The translations under genes were made by a program, and so were the position numbers. DNA of 64,000 bases from Flavobacteriales bacterium (lineage in GTDB: Bacteria > Bacteroidota > Bacteroidia > Flavobacteriales_D > Sanyastnellaceae). The DNA lies in the NCBI GenBank assembly GCA_018402085.1, contig JAGYJM010000001.1, positions 28,562 to 92,561 of the forward strand, in the 5' to 3' direction. Shown here one piece after another: positions 14,101 to 21,924 of the stretch (positions are counted from its first letter, which is position 1; each line of letters starts with the position of its first letter). Under the pieces are notes generated by a model. It ran no database searches. It worked only from the letters and a program-made list of their open reading frames with translations, and was not told the origin of the DNA.

Positions 14101-17100
14101 GGTTGGGTCTTCGTCGTCAGTTACAACTACCTCCTGAGTACAGGTGGCCGCGTTGCCATTGTTATCGGTTACCGTCCAGTTTACCGTGGTTGAACCAATC
14201 GGGAACTGAGCCGGAGCATCGTTGCTCACAGACGCCACTCCGCAGTTGTCATCGGTCACCGGAGTGCCGAGTGCTACGGTTGCGAAGCAGGAGCCGGCAT
14301 CGGCGGTTTGGGTGATATCCGCAGGGCATGCGATGGTTGGGTCTTCGTCGTCGGTTACCACAACCTCCTGAGTACAGGTTGCAGTGTTGCCGTAGTCGTC
14401 GGTTACCGTCCAGGTTACCGTGGTTGAACCGATCGGGAACTGAGCGGGTGCGTCGTTCACCACAGTTGCAACTCCGCAGTTGTCGTCGGTCACCGGAGTG
14501 CCGAGTGCTACGGTTGCGAAGCAAGAGCCGGCATCGGCGGTCTGGGTGATATCCTCAGGACATGCGATGGTTGGGTCTTCGTCGTCGGTTACGACAACTT
14601 CTTGCGTACACGTCGCAGTGTTGCCGTAGTCGTCGGTTACCGTCCAGGTTACCGTGGTTGAACCGATCGGGAACTGAGCGGGTGCGTCGTTCACTACAGT
14701 AGCTACACCACAGTTGTCATCCGTCACCGGAGTGCCAAGTGCTACGGTTGCGAAGCAGGAGCCGGCATCGGCGGTTTGGGTGATATCCGCAGGGCATGCG
14801 ATGGTTGGGTCTTCGTCGTCGGTTACGACAACTTCTTGCGTACACGTCGCAGTGTTGCCGTAGTCGTCGGTTACCGTCCAGGTTACCGTGGTTGAACCGA
14901 TCGGGAACTGAGCGGGTGCGTCGTTCACGACAGTAGCTACACCGCAGTTGTCATCGGTTACCGGAGTGGCGAGTGCTACGGTTGCGAAGCAAGAGCCGGC
15001 ATCGGCAGTTTGCGTGATATCCGCAGGGCATGCGATGGTTGGGTCTTCGTCGTCAGAAACTATAACCTCCTGAGTACAGGTGGCCGTGTTGCCGTTGTTA
15101 TCGGTTACCGTCCAGGTTACGATAGTTGAACCAATCGAGAACTGAGCCGGAGCATCGTTGCTCACAGACGCCACTCCGCAGTTGTCATCCGTCACCGGAG
15201 TGCCGAGTGCTACGGTTGCGAAGCAGGAGCCGGCATCGGCGGTTTGGGTGATATCCGCAGGGCATGCGATGGTTGGGTCTTCGTCATCAGAAACTACAAC
15301 CTCCTGAGTACAGGTGGCCGTGTTGCCGTTGTTATCGGTTACCGTCCAGGTTACCGTGGTTGAACCAATCGGGAACTGAGCCGGAGCATCGTTGCTCACA
15401 GACGCCACTCCGCAGTTGTCATCGGTCACCGGAGTGCCGAGTGCTACGGTTGCGAAGCAAGAGCCGGCATCGGCGGTCTGGGTGATATCCTCAGGACATG
15501 CGATGGTTGGGTCTTCGTCGTCGGTTACGACAACTTCTTGCGTACACGTCGCAGTGTTGCCGTAGTCGTCGGTTACCGTCCAGGTTACCGTGGTTGAACC
15601 GATCGGGAACTGAGCGGGTGCGTCGTTCACTACAGTAGCTACACCACAGTTGTCATCCGTCACCGGAGTGCCAAGTGCTACGGTTGCGAAGCAGGAGCCG
15701 GCATCGGCGGTTTGGGTGATATCCGCAGGGCATGCGATGGTTGGGTCTTCGTCGTCAGTTACAACTACCTCCTGAGTACAGGTTGCAGTGTTGCCGTAGT
15801 CGTCGGTTACCGTCCAGGTTACCGTGGTTGAACCGATCGGGAACTGAGCGGGTGCGTCGTTCACCACAGTTGCAACTCCGCAGTTGTCGTCGGTCACCGG
15901 AGTGCCGAGTGCTACGGTTGCGAAGCAAGAGCCGGCATCGGCGGTCTGGGTGATATCCGCAGGGCAAGCAATCGTAGGATCTTCATCGTCAGTTACCACT
16001 ACTTCTTGCGCACAAGTCGCAGTGTTGCCGTAGTCGTCGGTTACCGTCCAGGTTACCGTGGTTGAACCGATCGGGAACTGAGCGGGTGCGTCGTTCACTA
16101 CAGTAGCTACACCACAGTTGTCATCCGTCACCGGAGTGCCGAGTGCTACGGTTGCGAAGCAAGAGCCGGCATCGGCGGTTTGCGTGATATCCGCAGGGCA
16201 TGCGATGGTTGGGTCTTCGTCATCAGAAACTACAACCTCCTGAGTACAGGTGGCCGTGTTGCCGTTGTTATCGATTACCGTCCAGGTTACCGTGGTTGAA
16301 CCGATCGGGAACTGAGCGGGTGCATCGTTGCTCACAGACGCCACTCCGCAGTTGTCATCCGTCATCGGAGTACCGAGTGCTACGGTTGCGAAGCAAGAGC
16401 CGGCATCGGCGGTTTGAGTGATATCCGCAGGGCATGCGATGATTGGGTCTTCATCATCAGAAACTATAACCTCCTGAGTACAGGTGGCCGTGTTGCCGTT
16501 GTTATCAGTTACGATCCAAGTTACGGTCGTTGAACCGATCGGGAACTGAGCGGGTGCATCGTTGCTCACAGACGCCACTCCGCAGTTGTCATCCGTCACC
16601 GGAGTGCCGAGTGCTACGGTTGCGAAGCAAGAGCCGGCATCGGCGGTTTGAGTAATATCCTCAGGACAAGCAATCGTAGGGTCTTCGTCGTCGGTTACCA
16701 CAACCTCCTGAGTACAGGTGGCCGTGTTGCCGTTGTTATCGGTTACCGTCCAGGTTACCGTGGTTGAACCAATCGGGAACTGAGCCGGAGCATCGTTGCT
16801 CACAGACGCCACTCCGCAGTTGTCGTCGGTTACCGGAGTACCGAGTGCTACGGTTGCAAAGCAAGAGCCAGCATCCGTCGCTTCTGCGACGTCATCCGGA
16901 CAAACGATGTTAGGGGCGATGTTATCAATCACGGTAACGTTGGCCGAACACTGATCAGTATTGCCTGCTGCGTCTTCTACAGTCAACTCTACCGTATTCG
17001 CACCTGACGTTACAGGGTAGAACCCATTGGGGATACCCGGACCACTGATTTGGATTACTATTGTGTTACAACCGAGTGATTCTATTGTAGCCGTAGCGCA

Positions 17101-20100
17101 ATCGCTGTTTGGATTCCAGGCATTCGCTGAGGTTACCGTGCCATTTCCACCATTATTAGGAAGATTGAAGAAGTGCGTTCCTGAGTCACACCCGACCGTG
17201 CCCTGAAGTGTCCAGAGGTTAGCCGGAATATTGCTGCCACTAAAAGAGATATCATAGTCGAGATCAATGGTGAAATTGTAGCCCCACGTGCAACTCAAAG
17301 TTGAGGGGTTGACACTGATCGCATTTATGTCAATAATGACCTCGTAGCCATCTGCTGAGCTAATCGTGAGAGATTCAGAGATATCGTTGCAGTCAAAAGT
17401 GGTCTGATTGAGGCTCAGGTTTGTAATACCGCAGTTATCCGTTGATCCGTTATCGACATCTGCAGGGTCAAGGATTGCTTGGCCCGAAGCATCCAGGAAC
17501 AGAGTCACATCCTGGCACAGGGCTTGGGGTGCTTCTGAATCAGTGACCACAACTTCTTGCACACAATTCTGAGTTGAACCTCCTGAATAGGTAATGGTCC
17601 AATTCACTTCCGTAGTACCAGGCGGGTAGACACCGGAGGCGTCATCAGTACCGGTAAAATCATTGCTTACAGCTACTACAGCGCAAGGTGGGCAGCCGGT
17701 AATTACAATGTCATCGATGTAAACCCGGTCATTATTGTCTGAAGCGTTACATACAAATCGAAAAGCCATATTAGAAGTCAAGGCGCCCTCATAATCCACG
17801 GATTCATTCACACGAACTTCATTGACAAACTCATCACCGAGATTCCACTCTTCGATTTGAGTCCAGTTAGAACCGCCATTGGATGACACCTCGAGAGTGA
17901 ATTCTTCTGCGTTATCGAAATCTTCAGTGATAAAAGAAAAACTAAGTTGCAATGAGCTGAAAGCAGACGCATCAAAGACATTCGAAGTGACTCGTGAAGT
18001 TGAGCTATTGTCGCGCAGGCGAATCGAAAAGTTTCCGGTATTGGCCCATGTTGCGTTATTGTGTCGTTGACAGTCATCTCCGCCGTCATTCCAGTTCCCA
18101 TAGCTCGATTCAAAGCTATCTGAGAATATCGTAGTGCATGGAGAGAGAGACACTGACGGTCCTACGTTTGTCACGTTTGCCGAGCATGTTCCGGGGTCTG
18201 CAGGTACGTTGATGTCTGCAGGACAATCGGTCTCTCCATTAACGGTTACCGTGGTTTCACAAGTGCTTGTATTTCCTTCAAGGTCTGTGACTGTCCAGGT
18301 AACGACCGTATTGCCGACAGGATAAATATCAGAAGCGTCGGCCGTACCGTTGAAGTCGTTGACAATCGTAACGGAACCGCACAGGTCTGAACCACTCGCA
18401 GGTGGTATGCTGACGCTTGCGTCACATTCTCCTACTGCTGCGGTAGCTGAAACTGCCGGTGTACAGCTAATATCCGGGGCTTGAGCATCAACGACTGTGA
18501 CATTTTGTTGGCAGCTCGCTACATTTCCTAATCCGTCTTCAGCGATCCATGTAACAACGGTTGTGCCCATTGCGAATACTGCCGGAGCATCATTTGTGAG
18601 GGTGTAGCTACTGCAGTTATCTGATACAGCCGGATCGGGAATGTTGAAGGTAGCTGTACAAGCACCGGGATCAGTATTCAGCACCGTATCATTAGGGCAG
18701 ATGAACACCGGAGGAGTGATGTCTTGTACCGTGACGTTGTAGGAGCAAGCATCGGTGATTGAGCCACCATTGATACTAGCTTCATATGAAAGCGTTGTCG
18801 TACCTGCCGGAAAGGCATCTCCACTGCTGAGGCCTGTGCCGTCAGTTCGGGTGATGGTCATGGTGCAGGCTGAAACAGCGAACGGTGATCCAAAGTTAAA
18901 GTCACCTTCCATGCATGAGCCCGGGTTGAAGCCGATGATGGTATCAGCCGGACAAATGAAAGAGACCGTTGGTTCGAGAATAGTCAGGTTTTGGGTCGAG
19001 GTATTGTATTCATTGCATACGTACCATTCGGTGGTAATCTCAAGGCTTTCGGCTCCTTCATCCAGTTCGTCAGGGAGCGCCATGATCGCGTAGCCCAGAA
19101 TCGTTTCGCCCTGTTCAAAAGTGATGGGAGGGGTAACTTCGCCGCCGCCATCAACCATGATGTAATCAACGCCGTATGTGGCTTCTCCTCCAAAAGTGAT
19201 ATCTACATCTAGAGGAACGTCGATGTCTCCGGTTCGTTCTATGGTGAAAATTCCAACCTGACAGCCTTCTGTTGCATCAGCCTGAATAGGGCTTGGTGAG
19301 ATGTAAACGCTTTGCGGACGTGAGAACCCGGAAAAGTAGCCACCATATCCGGCTACCCCTGACACCCCATAGAAAGAAACGATGGCCATGGTATTTGACA
19401 CGATGTGCTGATCACCCGTCAGACCGGGAATCTTATAAACATCATAAGTATCTCCATTATTAATGGTAATGGTTTGAGGTGTGCTGGTTTCAAGTACGCC
19501 GTTGATGTAGATTTCAGAGCCTGCGAAGGTGGTGATGGTAACCCCGCCGCTAAAGTTGTCAGGACCAATCTGGTGCACGTCTACAATCGCATTGATCTCA
19601 TCTTCGATTTGACAGGAGATGTCCGGAACAAAGTTCATTCCGGCAGTGTTTCCAGCGTTATTACCGGCAAGAAGCTGGTAAGCAAAAGCATCCTGCGAAG
19701 TGCGCACGTACATTACATCTCCGGTGTAATTTGAACCATGAACCGTGAAGTATTCTCCGGCATCAATGGTTGCCATCGGAGTGGCACTTCCGTTCACAAA
19801 AATTTCAGTATTGTCGAAGTGAGCAACGATCATCGGTAGTTCGCGGTCATCTCCTCCGGAGGCCCGAATAAAAATGTATTCAGTTCCTACTTTTGATAAG
19901 CCTACAATCTGATCAATGCCGTAATCACGACCTCCTGACGTTGTAGGCTCCCCGTTCCATGAACCGGTGTTGACCACAATAGGCTTGTCAGAGGTGATCA
20001 ATGCGCCGATCATACCATCGAGGTTGTCAGGGTCAACTTCTGCCTCACAGCGCATCACATAAGATTGCCCTTCATTCAGGTTGATCGTAATAACAGAATC

Positions 20101-20802
20101 TGTGCTGGGCGCTGAGGTTCCCTGAAGGGTAACCCCCGAGCCCGTCATATCAATATTGATTGCCGTGTTATCTTCTGTTGCCGTGATGCCAAATGTGGTC
20201 GCTTTGTACTGATTAGCCTGTAGGTTTGGAATACTGCCCAGTCGAAAAACAGTTCCAAATGCATTGCCGCCCTTTGACGTGAGCGATCCCGCTTGCGCAT
20301 CGTCTCTGGATCGAATCCGCAAGTTGGCATAAACAGGTGCGTCAGCCGTTACCCGAAACCCAACGGCAAACGAAAGAGGTTGGTTCAGCAAGGGGTCTGT
20401 CACCGCAACTCCTGAAGCGGTTCCGAAGCTGTCATAGCGCACCGGCGAGCCGGCGCTCACAGTGCCCGTCAGGTAGCTGAGGTCACCTGAGGCATCGGTG
20501 ATTTCAAAATTCACCGGATCTGATGACGGTGTTGAAATGTATAAATGCACATCTCCCGGCCGTTCATTGTTGTCGGTATCAGTACCGAATGGTGGAATGT
20601 AATGCAAGGTGTCTAGCTGAGCGATCATCCCAAAAGAGATGGTCAGCATGCACACTGTGAGTGCTGTAGCCTTCCATCCCCGAGTGGGTTTGAGGTTCTT
20701 TGCAAGCAAGATTGGCTTGCAGTTGAGCGTACACCTGTCGAGGTTGCGACAGAAAAGTAGAGACAATAAGCGACTGGTCATAACTTTTAAGGTTATGTTC
20801 AA
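2122..20802 (-). CDS. Giant (about 6,200 aa) cell-surface adhesin. It has a beta-rich N-terminal region, a Calx-beta-like domain, many HYR-type Ig-like repeats and a cadherin-like segment. It ends in a T9SS type B (gliding motility-associated) C-terminal domain.
   Basis: Single uninterrupted 18,681-nt ORF. Contains 42 near-identical 78-aa units ([71 protein letters not shown]) plus more divergent HYR-like units. The C-terminus [54 protein letters not shown]...[12 protein letters not shown] matches the type B sorting domain. The true start is uncertain between 20802 and about 20650. A signal-peptide-like [25 protein letters not shown] lies about 40-60 codons into the ORF. Confidence 0.95.
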   Translation of the reverse strand: MNITLKVMTSRLLSLLFCRNLDRCTLNCKPILLAKNLKPTRGWKATALTVCMLTISFGMIAQLDTLHYIPPFGTDTDNNERPGDVHLYISTPSSDPVNFEITDASGDLSYLTGTVSAGSPVRYDSFGTASGVAVTDPLLNQPLSFAVGFRVTADAPVYANLRIRSRDDAQAGSLTSKGGNAFGTVFRLGSIPNLQANQYKATTFGITATEDNTAINIDMTGSGVTLQGTSAPSTDSVITINLNEGQSYVMRCEAEVDPDNLDGMIGALITSDKPIVVNTGSWNGEPTTSGGRDYGIDQIVGLSKVGTEYIFIRASGGDDRELPMIVAHFDNTEIFVNGSATPMATIDAGEYFTVHGSNYTGDVMYVRTSQDAFAYQLLAGNNAGNTAGMNFVPDISCQIEDEINAIVDVHQIGPDNFSGGVTITTFAGSEIYINGVLETSTPQTITINNGDTYDVYKIPGLTGDQHIVSNTMAIVSFYGVSGVAGYGGYFSGFSRPQSVYISPSPIQADATEGCQVGIFTIERTGDIDVPLDVDITFGGEATYGVDYIMVDGGGEVTPPITFEQGETILGYAIMALPDELDEGAESLEITTEWYVCNEYNTSTQNLTILEPTVSFICPADTIIGFNPGSCMEGDFNFGSPFAVSACTMTITRTDGTGLSSGDAFPAGTTTLSYEASINGGSITDACSYNVTVQDITPPVFICPNDTVLNTDPGACTATFNIPDPAVSDNCSSYTLTNDAPAVFAMGTTVVTWIAEDGLGNVASCQQNVTVVDAQAPDISCTPAVSATAAVGECDASVSIPPASGSDLCGSVTIVNDFNGTADASDIYPVGNTVVTWTVTDLEGNTSTCETTVTVNGETDCPADINVPADPGTCSANVTNVGPSVSLSPCTTIFSDSFESSYGNWNDGGDDCQRHNNATWANTGNFSIRLRDNSSTSRVTSNVFDASAFSSLQLSFSFITEDFDNAEEFTLEVSSNGGSNWTQIEEWNLGDEFVNEVRVNESVDYEGALTSNMAFRFVCNASDNNDRVYIDDIVITGCPPCAVVAVSNDFTGTDDASGVYPPGTTEVNWTITYSGGSTQNCVQEVVVTDSEAPQALCQDVTLFLDASGQAILDPADVDNGSTDNCGITNLSLNQTTFDCNDISESLTISSADGYEVIIDINAISVNPSTLSCTWGYNFTIDLDYDISFSGSNIPANLWTLQGTVGCDSGTHFFNLPNNGGNGTVTSANAWNPNSDCATATIESLGCNTIVIQISGPGIPNGFYPVTSGANTVELTVEDAAGNTDQCSANVTVIDNIAPNIVCPDDVAEATDAGSCFATVALGTPVTDDNCGVASVSNDAPAQFPIGSTTVTWTVTDNNGNTATCTQEVVVTDDEDPTIACPEDITQTADAGSCFATVALGTPVTDDNCGVASVSNDAPAQFPIGSTTVTWIVTDNNGNTATCTQEVIVSDDEDPIIACPADITQTADAGSCFATVALGTPMTDDNCGVASVSNDAPAQFPIGSTTVTWTVIDNNGNTATCTQEVVVSDDEDPTIACPADITQTADAGSCFATVALGTPVTDDNCGVATVVNDAPAQFPIGSTTVTWTVTDDYGNTATCAQEVVVTDDEDPTIACPADITQTADAGSCFATVALGTPVTDDNCGVATVVNDAPAQFPIGSTTVTWTVTDDYGNTATCTQEVVVTDDEDPTIACPADITQTADAGSCFATVALGTPVTDDNCGVATVVNDAPAQFPIGSTTVTWTVTDDYGNTATCTQEVVVTDDEDPTIACPEDITQTADAGSCFATVALGTPVTDDNCGVASVSNDAPAQFPIGSTTVTWTVTDNNGNTATCTQEVVVSDDEDPTIACPADITQTADAGSCFATVALGTPVTDDNCGVASVSNDAPAQFSIGSTIVTWTVTDNNGNTATCTQEVIVSDDEDPTIACPADITQTADAGSCFATVALATPVTDDNCGVATVVNDAPAQFPIGSTTVTWTVTDDYGNTATCTQEVVVTDDEDPTIACPADITQTADAGSCFATVALGTPVTDDNCGVATVVNDAPAQFPIGSTTVTWTVTDDYGNTATCTQEVVVTDDEDPTIACPEDITQTADAGSCFATVALGTPVTDDNCGVATVVNDAPAQFPIGSTTVTWTVTDDYGNTATCTQEVVVTDDEDPTIACPADITQTADAGSCFATVALGTPVTDDNCGVASVSNDAPAQFPIGSTTVNWTVTDNNGNAATCTQEVVVTDDEDPTIACPADITQTADAGSCFATVALGTPVTADNCGVASVSNDAPAQFPIGSTTVNWTVTDNNGNAATCTQEVVVTDDENPTIACPADITQTADAGSCFATVALGSPVTADNCGVASVSNDAPAQFPIGSTSVTWTVTDDYGNTATCTQEVVVSDDENPTIACPADINQTADAGSCFATVALGTPVTDDNCGVATVVNDAPAQFPIGSTTVTWTVTDNNGNTATCTQEVVVSDDEDPTIACPADITQTADAGSCFATVALGTPMTDDNCGVASVSNDAPAQFPIGSTTVNWTVTDDYGNTVTCTQEVVVTDDEDPTIACPADITQTADAGSCFATVALGTPVTDDNCGVATVSNDAPAQFPIGSTTVNWTVTDNNGNAATCTQEVVVTDDEDPTIACPADITQTADAGSCFATVALGTPVTADNCGVASVSNDAPAQFPIGSTIVTWTVTDDYGNTGTCTQEVVVTDDEDPTIACPADITQTADAGSCFATVALGTPVTADNCGVASVSNDAPAQFPIGSTTVNWTVTDNNGNAATCTQEVVVSDDEDPTIACPADIAQTTDAGSCFATVALGTPVTDDNCGVATVVNDAPAQFPIGSTIVTWTVTDDYGNTATCTQEVVVTDDEDPTIACPADITQTADAGSCFATVALSTPVTDDNCGVATVVNDAPATFPIGSTTVTWTVTDNNGNAATCTQEVVVTDDEDPTIACPADITQAADAGSCFATVALGTPVTDDNCGVATVVNDAPAQFPIGSTTVTWTVTDNNGNAATCTQEVVVSDDEDPTIACPEDITQTADAGSCFATVALGTPVTDDNCGVATVVNDAPAQFPIGSTIVTWTVTDDYGNTATCTQEVVVTDDENPTIACPADINQTADAGSCFATVALGTPVTADNCGVASVSNDAPAQFPIGSTIVTWTVTDDYGNTATCTQEVVVTDDEDPTIACPSNMNVSADADCQFTLSDYTALAVSSDNCDAVLTITQSPAAGTTVSGTTTVTLTATDAAGNSTDCTFDLIVEDTDAPVIVTCAPNTTLQIGANCEATLPDYTLSIVATDNCDNNPTISQSPAAGSIVSGHTTVVPVTITVTDANGNSTECFFDVTLDDAESPVVTCAADVAEATDATSCFATITLDAPAATDNCAIASVTNDAPATFPIGSTTVTWTVTDIAGNVTTCEQVVTVSDNELPTIACPADITQTADAGSCFATVALGTPVTDDNCGVATVVNDAPAQFPIGSTTVTWTVTDNNGNTATCTQEVVVTDDEDPTIACPEDITQTADAGSCFATVALGTPVTDDNCGVASVSNDAPAQFPIGSTSVTWTVTDDYGNTATCTQEVVVTDDEDPTIACPADIAATTDAGSCFATVALGTPVTDDNCGVATLVNDAPATFPIGSTTVTWTVTDNNGNTATCTQEVVVTDDENPTIACPEDITQTADAGSCFATVALGTPVTDDNCGVATVVNDAPAQFPIGSTTVTWTVTDNNGNTATCTQEVVVTDDEDPTIACPEDITQTADAGSCFATVALGTPVTDDNCDVATVVNDAPAQFPIGSTTVTWTVTDDYGNTATCTQEVVVTDNENPTIACPEDITQTADAGSCFATVALGSPVTADNCGVASVSNDAPAQFPIGSTTVTWTVTDDYGNTATCTQEVVVTDDENPTIACPEDITQTADAGSCFATVALGSPVTADNCGVASVSNDAPAQFPIGSTTVTWTVTDNNGNTATCTQEVVVTDDEDPTIACPEDITQTADAGSCFATVALGSPVTADNCGVASVSNDAPAQFPIGSTIVTWTVTDDYGNTATCAQEVVVTDDEDPTIACPADIAATTDAGSCFATVSLGTPVTDDNCGVATVVNDAPATFPIGSTNVTWTVTDDSGNTTTCEQVITVNDVEAPVIDCPANINVSADTNCQFTLADYTTLAVSNDNCDAVLTVTQSPAAGTVVAGNTTITLTATDAAGNSTDCTFDLIVEDTDAPVIVTCAPNTTLQLGANCEATLPNYTLSVIATDNCDNNLTISQSPAAGTIVSGHGSVVNVTVTVTDANGNSTECFFDVTLEDSVAPVVTCAADVAEATDATSCFATITLDAPAAIDNCAIASVTNDAPATFPIGATSVTWTVTDIAGNVTTCEQVVTVSDNELPTIACPADITQTADAGSCFATVALGSPVTDDNCGVASVVNDAPAQFPIGSTTVTWTVTDDYGNTATCTQEVVVTDDEDPTITCPADIAQTTDAGSCFATVALSTPVTDDNCGVASVSNDAPAQFPIGSTTVTWTVTDNNGNTATCTQEVVVSDDEDPTIACPADITQTADAGSCFATVALGTPATDDNCGVASVVNDAPATFPIGSTILTWTVTDNNGNTATCTQEVVVTDDEDPTIACPADITQTADAGSCFATVAVGTPVTDDNCGVASVVNDAPAQFPIGSTTVTWTVTDDYGNTATCTQEVVVTDDEDPTITCPADIAQTTDAGSCFATVALGSPVTADNCGVASVSNDAPAQFPIGSTTVTWTVIDNNGNTATCTQEVVVSDDEDPTIACPADITQTADAGSCFATVALGTPATDDNCGVASVVNDAPAQFPIGSTTVTWTVTDNNGNTATCTQEVVVTDDEDPTIACPADITQTADAGSCFATVALGTPVTDDNCGVASVSNDAPAQFPIGSTTVTWTVTDNNGNTATCTQEVIVTDDEAPTITCPADIAQTTDAGSCFATVALGTPVTADNCGVASVSNDAPATFAVGSTTVTWTVTDNYGNTATCTQEVVVTDDEDPTIACPADIAATTDAGSCFATVALGTPVTDDNCGVATLVNDAPATFPIGSTTVTWIVTDNNGNTATCTQEVVVTDDENPTITCEGTVTIDAAAGSCDTPVSIALPVVADNCTVQSVVNDYNGTADASDVYSVGTTTVTWTVTDAAGNTSTCVTTVTVLDAESPTITCPSDITQTADAGVCEALVSIAAPVSDDNCGVASVVNDYNGSADATDVYPVGSTTVTWTVTDLAGNTATCAQTIVVTDDEQPVITCPDDLTVSTDAGVCEANVSIPPFVADDNCAIATIENDYNSTADASDVYPQGVTTVNWTVTDIHGNVSTCSMTVTVEDNEAPAVECPADLVASADAGLCEANVNIPPFLAEDNCGIASVSNDLTSTSDASGMYPLGVTTLTWTITDIHGNVTTCVQTVTVEDNEAPSILCPEDQTELVDDNCAFALPDYTGMAVAADNCDADLTLTQSPVAGTVLNGSGTTQEITLTATDDSGNSTSCTFTVTLDDTIAPEITCVADQTLEVNDACEVALPDYTGDAITSDNCTAVTVTQEPVAGTVLTLGVEVITLTATDEDGNVTTCTFSVEVIDTTAPVIECPEDQTEALSDDCDTVIGDYLGLVTANDNCSPVALAQSPIAGTVITENTEVTVTATDDSGNVTTCSFMVLIDDAIAPEIECEDDIEVTAEAGACGATVNYTAPVATDNCTVASVVLTEGLDSGSFFPVGSTVVTWEVTDGFGNTASCSFTVTVTDDEAPAISCPEDILMTADEGQCGAIVNYDMPTATDNCGVSEVSLIEGAASGSFFSVGETTVTYMAIDDAGNTTECSFTVTITDDEEPLMSDCPTSIEVNTDAGECGAVVDFTVPTATDNCGNVEVELISGQEPGSFFETGVSEVSYLFTDDHGNSTLCAFTITVLDAEAPSFDCPEDLTIANTPGICGAEFTYELPEAFDNCALESIVLTEGLESGEVFPIGTTTLTFEATDASGNTVTCSYSVTVEDTEAPVIECPEDIVTTDAIVEYDLPVFSDNCGATMTMIEGLESGDVFPHGYTEVVFEATDEAGNSVNCSFLVLVNNPPVGEDDNADFLEEDTDITIDVLDNDWDPDGDPITVGSASAQNGVVSIIDDMLNYSPNEGWCGTDTITYVVCDIYNACDTAIVVVQVECFIDLIIPEGISPNGDGVNDTFEIIGLEDYPDHRISIYNRWGRMVYESENYQNDWDGRSQDALDLGNGFLPEGTYFMVLELGNGVKPVKGYVYLNH
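2125..2412 (-). other. T9SS type B sorting domain (gliding motility-associated C-terminal domain) of the giant adhesin
   Basis: [96 protein letters not shown], carrying the SPNGDG.ND.F.I.G...YP......I.NRWG..V motif. Confidence 0.85.
5635..8472 (-). repeat. Higher-order repeat, copy 2 (2,838 bp). It comprises a 732-bp three-domain module (7741..8472) followed by 9 tandem 234-bp HYR units (5635..7740).
   Basis: Unit boundaries verified codon by codon: [10 protein letters not shown] starts at 8472, [10 protein letters not shown] at 7740, and the next divergent unit [11 protein letters not shown] at 5634. All are in phase with the ORF. Confidence 0.9.
8473..11310 (-). repeat. Higher-order repeat, copy 1 (2,838 bp). 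It comprises a 732-bp three-domain module (10579..11310) followed by 9 tandem 234-bp HYR units (8473..10578).
   Basis: [15 protein letters not shown] starts at 11310 and [10 protein letters not shown] at 10578. The module protein is roughly nine-tenths identical by eye to the module at 7741..8472. Confidence 0.9.
11311..16926 (-). repeat. Tandem array of 24 near-identical 234-bp (78-aa) HYR-type units
   Basis: I counted 24 consecutive units in the translated ORF. The first ([23 protein letters not shown]) starts at 16926. 24 x 234 = 5,616 bp ends exactly at 11311. Several adjacent units have identical protein sequence. Confidence 0.92.
17695..18130 (-). other. Jelly-roll (MAM-like or concanavalin-like) domain inserted among the Ig-like repeats of the adhesin. 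Tentative.
   Basis: [46 protein letters not shown]...[31 protein letters not shown]...[26 protein letters not shown]. The pattern resembles MAM or LamG-type lectin folds. Recognised by eye only. Confidence 0.4.
19020..19300 (-). other. Calx-beta-like domain of the adhesin. Tentative.
   Basis: [83 protein letters not shown], carrying the typical G.A..G.DY ... F..GE ... D...E..E.F pattern. Confidence 0.5.
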
Positions 20803-21128
20803 TTCTCTCTGAAAGCCTTGTCAGCAGCGTGTTGTTGAGTATTATGCCTTGCTAATTCGAAGCTATGTCAGAAGCAAAATTGAAGTGATTGGTTCTCGAT
20901 TTAGTTACCTTTAAAAGGGTTCAGTCAGGTTAGATAGTTTCCTTTTTGTTTCAGGTTCGTATACCCCCTCCCCGTCGAAAAGGTTATAGTTTCTTACAGA
21001 ATATTTACGATTCGTCTTACATCTCTTGTCAGACAGGCATTTCGGGGGGTTTTAAATAGAAATTGTTATCGTCGAGATGTTTTATAATTAAGACGAGAGG
21101 TTTGATTTTACTGGTTTTTGACCTCGTG

Positions 21129-21149
21129 CCGCGCAAAAGCGCGGGATGC
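21129..21149 (+). repeat. GC-rich hairpin, family H (6-bp stem, AAAA loop, GATG tail)
   Basis: CCGCGC-AAAA-GCGCGG-GATGC. Confidence 0.6.
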
Positions 21150-21450
21150 ATATTTGCTTCTCGAGCGCTTGCTGTTGAACACCGGGCCTTGTGTGCAGAT
21201 CCGTTTGTTTGTGATCGGCTGATTATTTGGCTCCGCTGCAGGCAAGGGCTGTTTTCGGGATCCATGCAGACAGTTTTCAGGCCTTTCACGCTGCCTGCTT
21301 CAGGGTATAAACGTCTGGGTACACTGCAAACCAAAGAGGGTCAAGAGCTGGTATAGAGGATTCTCTGTCAAAGCGCACCGGCAGACAGTAGGCGTGACAG
21401 GGTCAAGTCAGTGGAATGTGGCGCTCCCTAGGGAGCGAGCGCTGCTCGTT

Positions 21451-21641
21451 TGATGAAAGCAGGATTTCTTCCCGATCCCGCGAATTCTCTGCGATCGTGG
21501 GCCCCTCCCCCGCCACCACCGCGCGTGTTGTCTCCGTTGGCCTTTCAGCCAACTGCGTGCAGCAAAGTTCGCAGCTAATTCAACACCATCAAAACCAATC
21601 ACACATCCTTTTTACGTGTGCATCCTTTTACTTTACGAATG
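21451..21641. repeat. Dispersed non-coding element, copy A (about 190 bp; 74-bp core at 21464..21537 identical to 28069..28142)
   Basis: Direct comparison with 28046..28237. The core is atttcttcccgatcccgcgaattctctgcgatcgtgggcccctcccccgccaccaccgcgcgtgttgtctccgt. Further shared blocks are gccaactgcgtgc, agttcgc, accatcaaaac and ctttacgaatg. Confidence 0.8.
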
Positions 21642-21765
21642 CGCTGGAGCATCGGCGAAGGTCAGGATTGCCGAAAGCTTCAGCCGGCTCACCCTTGTTA
21701 AGAGGAAGTGGCCACTGCACACCCAGCGACAAGCCCAACACAGAATACGTGCATGGGTGACCGCG

Positions 21766-21786
21766 CCATCCTGCGCTTTTGCGCAG
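21766..21786 (-). repeat. GC-rich hairpin, family H (inverted relative to 21129)
   Basis: The minus strand reads CTGCGC-AAAA-GCGCAG-GATGG. The stem differs from the other copies by compensatory changes. Confidence 0.6.
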
Positions 21787-21849
21787 TACAACCATAGCGT
21801 GTTACCTTTTGCGGCTTCCAAGTCTTAACTTTAGAATAAATCGCACTGC

Positions 21850-21881
21850 AAAAAGCCGCCCTGAATGCATCAGGGCGGCTT
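21850..21881 (-). terminator. Intrinsic terminator of the 837-aa OmpA-family gene
   Basis: 12-bp perfect stem (aagccgccctga / tcagggcggctt) with a 5-nt loop, followed on the minus strand by TTTTT. Lies about 45 nt after the stop at 21925. Confidence 0.8.
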
Positions 21882-21924
21882 CGCTCCGGTCTTTCAAGAC
21901 CTGCTTGCCTGGAGATGAGGTGTC

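Noticed and set aside
5015-16421. Dozens of 60-148-aa plus-strand ORFs in the track, e.g. the recurring [19 protein letters not shown]... and MGLHRQLQ... families, and 7700..8146 and 10472..10897.
   Set aside because: They are antisense or alternate-frame read-throughs of the 234-bp HYR repeat. They recur only because the repeat recurs, they have low-complexity Arg/Ser/Pro-rich composition, and they lie wholly inside a 6,226-codon ORF with clear domain homology.
2122-20802. The possibility that the giant gene is the SprB orthologue.
   Set aside because: Size and the downstream sprF-like gene fit. However, the repeats are HYR-type rather than SprB-type, and no sprC/sprD-like genes precede it. 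I call it only a type B CTD adhesin.
21408-21760. Protein-coding interpretation of the dispersed element on the plus strand (track ORFs 21416..21760 and 27901..28284).
   Set aside because: The two plus-strand ORFs read the identical 74-bp core in different frames. In copy B, the copy-A frame is closed by TGATGA just upstream and by TGA about 30 nt after the core. The minus-strand frame is kept as a low-probability alternative in the corresponding finding.
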